Positions 52,015-60,820 of a DNA stretch of 64,000 nt are shown one piece after another (the first letter of the stretch is position 1; each line of letters starts with the position of its first letter). The stretch spans positions 31,837,199-31,901,198 of the forward strand of contig NC_092674.1 in assembly GCF_964355755.1 (NCBI RefSeq). The letters are read 5' to 3'. This DNA comes from Antedon mediterranea (Eukaryota; Animalia; Echinodermata). The notes beneath the pieces are model-generated. The model searched no databases. It was not told the origin of the DNA and worked only from the letters and a program-made list of their open reading frames with translations. A program made the translations under genes and the position numbers.

Positions 52015-53662
52015 AGTGGTGCTACACTCAGACTTTCTCAGCTTATATTATGTTTAAGTATGTTTATTTGAAAGCGATTACATATAAAAAACAGGGAAAA
52101 TACGGAAATATTTTCCAAAAACCAATTTCTAAAAAATCGGTCAGAAAATAGTGTTTTTTAATACATTACACTTTTTCAGTAACTTAGGGGTTATTAGTTT
52201 ACAATACGTCGCGAAACGCGTTAAACTTAGCGACTGACGCGTTTTAGTCGCCGGTGAACGCATTGGTGAAATGTCTCCCCTTTGGTAAATTATGTGTCGA
52301 AAAATGGGGAATAAATTTTATACACACAATTATTACGATTTGTTTAGGCCTAGCCTAAGTAATATTTCCGATAAAAACGTTAGTATAATTTACATATTGT
52401 AACCTCGTGATTTGCACTGTACAACAACAGCATAATAATCTTATACATCTTATCAATTGCTTATTAACTTTAAAGATGTATTGTCCCCCTGAAAAAAATA
52501 ATTCTTAACAATTTTTTTTTGAATATGCCATTTTAATGTAACATAATAGTTATTTACTTTGACCAAAAATTGGATTGAAAAAAATGCATTTACCTGAAAA
52601 AACTGTAATTTAAAGCAAAACATTGTCAAATTGGCTGCCAGCCAATGGTTTTTGGTGAATTTTAATCATTTATTTTGTGATTTTATAAGTGAACAAATTA
52701 TTTTTTTTTTCATTTTTTTTCTACAGAAGTGATTAACTTTATAAAAACTACAAAAAAACATATTCAAAGTCTGATTTAATTAATCTTCATTTTTCATGTT
52801 TTTGAGGGACAATACATCTTTAAGCTAGGCCTAGGCGTAGCTAAGCCGTCTGCTCAGCCTAGCTAGCCTTGAATTTTTGTCTAGGCCTAGGCCTATGGAT
52901 TCATGGGAGAAAAAGAGTAGTAAAGCGATATGGAAGCTTAGGCCTGACTGAAAAGCAACTATTTAGGCGCCCTATCATGGCCCATGGGTAGGCCGAGGTT
53001 GGGTGTCAGCAGAACAAACTTCACTGCTGTCAGCCTAGCTAGAGGCCCAGCAGAATCGGTACATACCTACACTCTAGTAGGCCTAGGCCTAGCTTTATTG
53101 AATATAGCCACGTCTTTCTCAAATCTCGGTAAATTTGACATAGTAATAGTCTCATAATCACATTATTACACTGTGAAACATAATATAGGGTCACATTCAT
53201 AATGTTTTCATATACTTTTCGCCTGTCAAAAATAACATCGCGACAACTTAATAACAGATCGCCAGCTGCAGTAGTGTGATTGTGAAAAATGTCACGTGAT
53301 CATACTCCCTACCCTAGCAAAATAAATGTCTATTTACGCAAAATTGCGCAATGTACACGCGATAAAAATACCATAAATAGAAAGATCTGGAAAAGTTACA
53401 TAAAAATACATTTTAAATTTTTTTTTTTAGTGAATTAAATTAATTTTTTAGGATTATTCAAATATTTTGCATGTAAAAGAATAGGAAATTACAAGGTATC
53501 CCCACCCCCCCCCCCCCACTCCAAAACGCAAAAAGGCGTGATTTTCAAGAAAATCGTACTCATTGAAAAAAATTTAAACAAAATATGAAGTATGAGGGAT
53601 GATATTTTAAAATAATAGTTGAAATGTATGAAAAATAGTAATTTTCTGGGTGGAGCTCCACT
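52015..53662. mobile_element. Kolobok-like non-autonomous element inserted into a SINE
   Basis: 18-bp TIR AGTGG(T/A)GCT(A/C)CAC(T/C)CAGA, flanks TTAA/TTAT; removing it restores the SINE motif GTGCACTTTAAAGAACC. Confidence 0.7.
52474..52819. mobile_element. Kolobok-like MITE nested in a larger Kolobok-like element
   Basis: TIR AGATGTATTGTCCC, TTAA TSD on both sides. Confidence 0.8.
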
Positions 53663-53985
53663 TTATAGTGCACACGAGGTAGATGTTTACACTGGACCTA
53701 CGGTTTATAGTCCTTATCCGAGAAGACTCGTTCTACCACCAGAACCATGGAGTGAGTGAGCCTCAAACCCCTGCCGATGTTATGGCTACGTAATTACGGT
53801 TCCACTGTCTTAACTGCTCGGCCAAACTCACTCACTCACATACTTTGCTGACACATTTTAGTTGATTTTAATTTTATACAATCATTGTCTTTATTTCGAG
53901 TGTTATATGTATGATAATTATCAAATAAACTGAATAAAGAATTAAAACATTTTGGAAGTTGTCCTTTTTGGTATTTAAACATAAA

Positions 53986-55161
53986 ACTCGGAAATACTTG
54001 GAACTACTCGGAACTACTCGGAAATACTCGTCACTAATCTTCACTAATCGGAAATACTTGTCATTACTTGAAACTACTCGGAACTACACGGAACTACTCG
54101 GAACTACTCGGAACTACTCGGAACTACTCGGAACTACTCGGAACTACTCGGAACTACTCGGAACTACTCGGAAATACTCGGAACTACTCGGAACTACTCG
54201 GAACTACTCGGAACAACTCGGAACAACTCGGAACAACTCGGAACAACTCGGAACAACTCGGAACAACTCGGAACAACTCGGAACAACTCGGAACAACTCG
54301 GAACAACTCGGAACAACTCGGAACAACTCGGAACAACTCAGAACTACTCGGAACTTATTGGAACTTCTCGGAACTACTTCTCGGAACTACTCGGAACTAC
54401 ACAGGACTACTCGGAATACTCGGAACTTCTCAGAACTATTCAAAACTTTTCGGAACTACTCGGAACTACTCGTCAATATTCGGAACTACTCGGAACTACT
54501 TGGAAATACTCGTAAATACTCGGAAATACTCGGAACTTATCGGAACTACTCGGAACTACTCGGAACAACTCGGAACTACTCGGAACTACTCGGAAATACT
54601 CGGAACGACTCGGAACTACACGGAACTACACGGAACAACTCGGAACTACTCGGAACTTCTTGGAACTTCTCGGAACTACTTCTCGGAACTACTCGGAACT
54701 ACACAGGACTACTCGGAATACTCGGAACTTCTCAGAACTATTCAAAACTTTTCGGAACTACTCGGAACTACTCGTCAATATTCGGAACTACTCGGAACTA
54801 CTCGGAACTACTTGGAAATACTCGGAAATACTCGGAAATACTCGGAAATACTCGGAACTTATCGAAACTACTCGGAACTACTCGGAACTACTCTTAACTT
54901 CTCGGAACTACTTGTCACTACTCGCCACTACTCGGAAGTTCTCGGAACTACTCGGAACTACTTGGAACTACTCGGATCTACTCGGATCTACTCGGAACTA
55001 CTCGGAACTACTCGGAACTACTCGGAATTTCTCGGAACTATTCGAAACTTCTCGGAACTACTCGGAACTACTCGGAACTACTCGGAACTTCTCGGAACTA
55101 CTCGTCAATATTTGAAACTATTCGAAACTACTTGGAACTACTCGGAAATACTCGGAACTAT
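53986..55161. repeat. 10-bp satellite (GGAACTACTC)n with variants
   Basis: About 115 units, with an internal ~300-bp higher-order duplication (about 54361-54530 versus 54662-54830). Confidence 0.97.
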
Positions 55162-55236
55162 TTCTACCACGCTTCATCTTGGAAGAATAGCTTAATATAA
55201 AAAATAACAAAAAGTTATCTTGTTAGTTTAGTTTAA

Positions 55237-56836
55237 AGGGGGATTCTGGGTTTAAAATTGCTTTTAAATATCGTTTATTTATTAAATAAAAAATATCATA
55301 ACAATATAGACATGTCAGAATGAAGAAGTAATAACGAGAAATTAAAAAAAATTAATTTCATATACATTTTAGGGTAAATTCATGGAAAGTCTGTTTTTCA
55401 GCAGCTTAGGGAAGCTCATTAATATTCATGAGATATTCACAAAATCACGTCATCAGTGGATTCCAAACTCGCGACGTCATGTACGTTGTGTTTGTTAACT
55501 TCAAATCTCTCTCCCCTGTCAAACGACAACCACCCGATCATTGTGAAATACATTTTTTGTAGATTTTCTAAGCTAGGCCTAAAGTGTAATAATAACAGTA
55601 GTAGCATATATTTATTTGACATAAATACAACATTTAGTAAAGATTACGGAGTCTTAAATTATATACTATTTTTATACCTCGAATAGTACAGATCGTATTA
55701 TCGGCTTCACGTACTAGGCTAGGCCTAGCCTAAATCATTTGTTTTCATGGGTGAGAGCCATCCTGACTAGGGATTCCATGCCACGATGGCTACGTTAAAA
55801 CATTGGGGCCCATCATGGGCCTAGCTAGCCTACTAAACGATTGGCCCATAATAATAAAACTCGGTGGATTCCAAACCTATCCTATCAACCAAACTCCTAA
55901 ACAATCTAAACCTAAAACATTCTACAAAATCGGCTGTAAATATTGAGGCAAAAATGGTACGATCGCCGTCCGCACGTATGGTGTCCCGATCGTCTAAAAG
56001 TAGGCCTAGGCCTAGTTTACTCTCCAAAAAAGCAGATACTGCATCAAGCAAGTAGACCAGGTAGTAGGAAGGAGACCTAGCCGATTCGGCCCAGTTAAAA
56101 TTTGAGCTAGCTAGTGTAGTAGACTCTATGCGAATTGATACTACCAGGCCTTTTAATAAAGTATTATAGGCTTGTTAAAATTAGCAATATACTTATGTTT
56201 ACAAATATTCCAACTCTCTCATTCGAGCTATATTATCTATACCATTCCGGTAGGTCGAGTCGACCTTCAACCAAATACTGTACATCGTTCATGTTGTGAT
56301 TATAGACGGGGTATACTCGACCCGACCAGTTTGGTATTTTATACTGTATCTGCTTATCACGTGACATGCCAGGCATGGGCAGGTAGAGCACGTGTATCGT
56401 CGTTTCGCTCTCCTCGCTCAGCAGGAATGCATACGTTACGCTTCATTGATTTTGAAGGCTTTCCCTAAGTCAGTGCGAAAATCGGCAAACGTAAAGTGCA
56501 AACATATCTAATTTTTCACTGTTTTGATGAATTTTCATAGAAAATTGACTTTATAAATGGGAAGACCGACTAAAATTACATTAGATAAGTATAATTTCAC
56601 AAAAGTAATTAATATGGTTAATGATAACGAGTCGTCGGAACATTGACCATTTCACGAATTTCCTATTCTGTAAACACAGTGTCATATCGCCGTAGCTGCA
56701 CTTGCAATCTGGCCTCATTTCACAGCCTTCGTTCTGCTTCACTGGGCGCTTATATAAATTGAAACTTTTACCGTTCAAGAGACAAACAAATATATTTTAC
56801 ATTTTTTACTATTCATTTTAAACCCGGAACCCCCCT
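55237..56836. mobile_element. Kolobok-like non-autonomous element (1.6 kb)
   Basis: 22-bp TIR AGGGGG(A/G)TTC(T/C)GGGTTTAAAAT, TTAA TSD on both sides. Confidence 0.78.
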
Positions 56837-56859
56837 TTAATGTGTTCAATATTAGTTCA

Positions 56860-56930
56860 AGATGTATTGTCCCCCGACAACATAAAAAATAAAGATTAAT
56901 AAAATCAGATTTTGAATAGGCCATTTTATG
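56860..56930 (+). mobile_element. truncated left end of the AGATGTATTGTCCC MITE family
   Basis: Matches the first ~70 bp of the 4375 element, then is replaced by the 10-bp satellite. Confidence 0.6.
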
Positions 56931-56948
56931 GAAGCTTAATTCCACTAT

Positions 56949-57216
56949 TCGGAACTACTCGGAACTACTCGGAACTTCTCAGAACTACTCTGAACTACTC
57001 GGAACTACTCGGGACTACACGGAACTACTCGGAACTACTTGTCAATATTCGGAACTACTCGGAACTACTGGGAACTACTCAGAACTACTCGGAACTAATC
57101 GGAACTACTCGGGACTACTTGGGACGTCTCAGATCTACTCGGAACTACTCAGAACTTCTCGGAACTACTCGGAACTTCTCGGAACTTCTCGGAGCTACTC
57201 GGAACTACTCGGATAC
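56949..57216. repeat. 10-bp satellite (GGAACTACTC)n, second block
   Basis: Same unit as 53986-55161. Confidence 0.95.
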
Positions 57217-57305
57217 TCTCCAGTGTCTCCAGTCTTTCCAGTGTATCCAGTCTCTCCAGTGTCTCAAGTGTCTCCAGTGTCTCCAGTATCTCGAGAGTCT
57301 CCAGT
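57217..57305. repeat. 9-bp tandem repeat (TCTCCAGTG)n
   Basis: About 9-10 imperfect units between the 10-bp satellite and the CR1 tail. Confidence 0.85.
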
Positions 57306-57841
57306 TTCTTACCTTTAGTGATTCTTACCTTTAGTGATTAAAAGAGGCTGTGAGCTTAATGCTCGTAATAGTTGCCTCCTCTCCTTTTGTTTATGTGAAT
57401 GTCGAGGTTGTTTTTGAATGAATTTGTGTTTGTGCTGTCAATGACATGTTCTGGTAGTGAGTTCCATTTGTTGATTGCTCTGACGTCAAAATAGGTATCT
57501 CTCCTGATGGTTTTGTATCTAGGTTTGGATAGTGTAAGTGAGTGTCCTCTGGTTATATAACCTCCAGGGTTTTGCCTTAGAGTGAAAAATGAATTTGCCT
57601 CAATGTTTACTATACCACGGATAATTTTGAACATTTCAATGAGATCACCTCTATCTCGTCTTTCTTCGAGTGTTGGTAGGTGAAGCATGGCAAGACGCTC
57701 ATCAGCGGGAAGATTCCTAAGTTCAGGTACAAGTTTGGTTGCTCGGTTTTGTGCTCTTTCTAAAATCTTCTTGAGTCCAACTTGGTTAGGTGACCACACT
57801 TGTACACAGTACTCTAAGAGTGGACGAATTAGTGTTTTATA
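57306..57841 (-). mobile_element. CR1-clade LINE, 5'-truncated 3' fragment (C-terminus of RT ORF2, short 3' UTR, tandem tail)
   Basis: Open frame YKTLIRPLLEYCVQVWSP...LERAQNRATKLVPELRNL...RLAMLHLPTLEERRDRGDLIEMFKI...TRGHSLTL...WNSLPEHVI...NSFKNNLD, typical of CR1; stop at 57356; 16-bp tail unit x2 at 57306-57337. Confidence 0.9.
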
Positions 57842-57847
57842 CCCTAA

Positions 57848-60815
57848 CTGTCTGTCTGTCTAGACTGACTGTCTGCCTAGACTGACTGTCTGTCTGTCTA
57901 GACTTTCTGTCTGTCTAGACTGTCTGCCTGTCTAGACTGTCTGTCTAGACTGTCTGTCTGTATAGACCGTCTGTCTGTATAGACCGTCTGTCTGTATAGA
58001 CTGTCTGTCTGTATAGACTGTCTGTCTAGAATGTCTGTCTAGACTGTCTGTCTAGACTGTCTGTCTGTGTAGACTGTCTGTCTGTCTAGACTGTCTGTCT
58101 GTCTAGACTGTCTGTCTGTCTAGACTTTCTGTATGTCTAGACTTTCTGTCTGTCTAGACTTTCTGTATGTCTAGACTTTCTGTCTGTCTAGACTTTTTGT
58201 CTGCCTAGACTTTCTGTCTAGACTGTCTGTCTAGACTGTCTGTCTGTCTAGACTGTCTGTCTGTCTAGACTGTCTGTTTGTCTAGACTATCTGTCTGTCT
58301 ATCTAGACTGTCTATCTGTCTAGACTGTCTGTCTATCTAGACTGTCTGTCTATACTGTCTGTCTATACTGTCTGTCTGTCTAGACTGTCTGTCTATACTG
58401 TCTGGACTGGACTATCTGTCTGTCTAGAATGTCTGTCTGTCTTTCTGTCTGGACTGTCTGTCTGTCTTGAATGTCTGTCTGTCTAGACTCTGTCTGTCTA
58501 GACTCTCTGTCTAGATTGTCTGTCTGTCTAGACAGACAGTAAGTCTAGACTTTCTGTTTGTCTAGACTTTCTGTCTGTCTAGACTATCTGTCTGTCTGGA
58601 CTGGACTGTCTGTCTGTCTAGAATGTCTGTCTGTCTGTCTTTCTGTCTGGACTGACTGTCTGTCTGTCTTGAATGTCTGTCTGTCTAGACTCTCTGTCTA
58701 GATTGTCTGTCTGTCTAGACAGACATTCAGTCTAGACATACAGACAGTCTGACTAGACAGACAGTCTGTATGTCTAGACTGACTGTCTGTCTGTCTGTCT
58801 AGACTGTCTGTCTAGACTGTCACTCTGTCTAGACTATCTGTCTGTCTATCTAGACTGTCTATCCGTCTAGACTGTCTGTCTATCTAGACTGTCTGTCTAT
58901 ACTGTCTGTCTATACTGTCTGTCTGTCTAGACTGTCTGTCTATACTGTCTGGACTGGACTATCTGTCTGTCTAGAATGTCTGTCTGTCTTTCTGTCTGGA
59001 CTGTCTGTCTGTCTTGAATGTCTGTCTGTCTGTCTAGACTCTGTCTGTCTAGACTCTCTGTCTAGATTGTCTGTCTGTCTAGACAGACAGTAAGTCTAGA
59101 CTTTCTGTTTGTCTAGACTTTCTGTCTGTCTAGACTATCTGTCTGTCTGGACTGGACTGTCTGTCTGTCTAGAATGTCTGTCTGTCTGTCTTTCTGTCTG
59201 GACTGACTGTCTGTCTGTCTTGAATGTCTGTCTGTCTAGACTGTCTGCCTGTCTAGACTGTCTGTCTAGACTGTCTGTCTGTATAGACCGTCTGTCTGTA
59301 TAGACCGTCTGTCTGTATAGACTGTCTGTCTGTATAGACTGTCTGTCTAGAATGTCTGTCTAGACTGTCTGTCTAGACTGTCTGTCTGTGTAGACTGTCT
59401 GTCTGTCTAGACTGTCTGTCTGTCTAGACTGTCTGTCTGTCTAGACTTTCTGTCTGTCTAGACTTTCTGTATGTCTAGACTTTCTGTCTGTCTAGACTTT
59501 CTGTATGTCTAGACTTTCTGTCTGTCTAGACTTTTTGTCTGCCTAGACTTTCTGTCTAGACTGTCTGTCTAGACTGTCTGTCTGTCTAGACTGTCTGTCT
59601 GTCTAGACTGTCTGTTTGTCTAGACTATCTGTCTGTCTATCTAGACTGTCTATCTGTCTAGACTGTCTGTCTATCCAGACTGTCTGTCTATACTGTCTGT
59701 CTATACTGTCTGTCTGTCTAGACTGTCTGTCTATACTGTCTGGACTGGACTATCTGTCTGTCTAGAATGTCTGTCTGTCTTTCTGTCTGGACTGTCTGTC
59801 TGTCTTGAATGTCTGTCTGTCTAGACTCTGTCTGTCTAGACTCTCTGTCTAGATTGTCTGTCTGTCTAGACAGACAGTAAGTCTAGACTTTCTGTTTGTC
59901 TAGACTTTCTGTCTGTCTAGACTATCTGTCTGTCTGGACTGGACTGTCTGTCTGTCTAGAATGTCTGTCTGTCTGTCTTTCTGTCTGGACTGACTGTCTG
60001 TCTGTCTTGAATGTCTGTCTGTCTAGACTCTCTGTCTAGATTGTCTGTCTGTCTAGACAGACATTCAGTCTAGACATACAGACAGTCTGACTAGACAGAC
60101 AGTCTGTATGTCTAGACTGACTGTCTGTCTGTCTGTCTAGACTGTCTGTCTAGACTGTCACTCTGTCTAGACTATCTGTCTGTCTATCTAGACTGTCTAT
60201 CTGTCTAGACTGTCTGTCTATCTAGACTGTCTGTCTATACTGTCTGTCTATACTGTCTGTCTGTCTAGACTGTCTGTCTATACTGTCTGGACTGGACTAT
60301 CTGTCTGTCTAGAATGTCTGTCTGTCTTTCTGTCTGGACTGTCTGTCTGTCTTGAATGTCTGTCTGTCTGTCTAGACTCTGTCTGTCTAGACTCTCTGTC
60401 TAGATTGTCTGTCTGTCTAGACAGACAGTAAGTCTAGACTTTCTGTTTGTCTAGACTTTCTGTCTGTCTAGACTATCTGTCTGTCTGGACTGGACTGTCT
60501 GTCTGTCTAGAATGTCTGTCTGTCTGTCTTTCTGTCTGGACTGACTGTCTGTCTGTCTTGAATGTCTGTCTGTCTAGACTCTCTGTCTGTCTAGACTCTC
60601 TGTCTAGATTGTCTGTCTGTCTAGACAGACAGTCAGTCAAGACATACAGACAGTCTGTCTAGACAGACAGTCTGTATGTCTAGACTGACTGTCTGTCTGT
60701 CTGTCTAGACTGTCACTCTGTCTAGACTTTTTGTTTGTCTAGACTTTCTGTCTGTCTAGCTGTCTGTCTAGACTATCTGGCTATCTAGACTGAATGTCTG
60801 TCCAGACTGACTGTC
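57848..60815. repeat. subtelomeric satellite of (TGTC)n punctuated by TAGAC (TCTAGA palindromes), with higher-order repeats
   Basis: The marker CAGTAAGTCTAGAC at about 58537, 59088, 59875 and 60426 gives a 551-bp inner and a 1338-bp outer period. Confidence 0.95.
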
Positions 60816-60820
60816 GTGTG

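Larger units (their letters stand above)
51885..53838 (-). mobile_element. tRNA-derived SINE with Deu/Nin-like central domain, interrupted at 52015-53662
   Basis: Minus strand: box A TGGCCGAGCAGTTAAG, box B-like GGTTTGAGGC, then GGATAAGGACTATAAACCGTAGGTCC...GTGCACT[TTAA]AGAACC...TTTCGAGACGAGTAGGGGGTTACCCCGGTG, resembling the DeuSINE core as I recall it; ends at (TA)n. Confidence 0.7.

Noticed and set aside
53959-55195. Overlapping 312/375/151-aa ORFs of (RNYSELLGTT)n, and the similar ORF at 56912-57334
   Set aside because: A stop-free 10-bp satellite gives the same peptide in all three frames; not coding
55864-56055. Short basic ORF inside the Kolobok-like element as a THAP/transposase remnant
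   Set aside because: No C2CH THAP signature or DDE motif is recognisable, so it is too weak to call
57841-57848. ACCCTAAC at the CR1/satellite junction as a telomerase healing site
   Set aside because: It is a single unit in the orientation opposite to the terminal telomere, so it cannot be direct healing of this end and may be chance
59109-60662. Duplicated LSVCL-rich ORFs
   Set aside because: Translations of the TGTC subtelomeric satellite and its 1338-bp duplication
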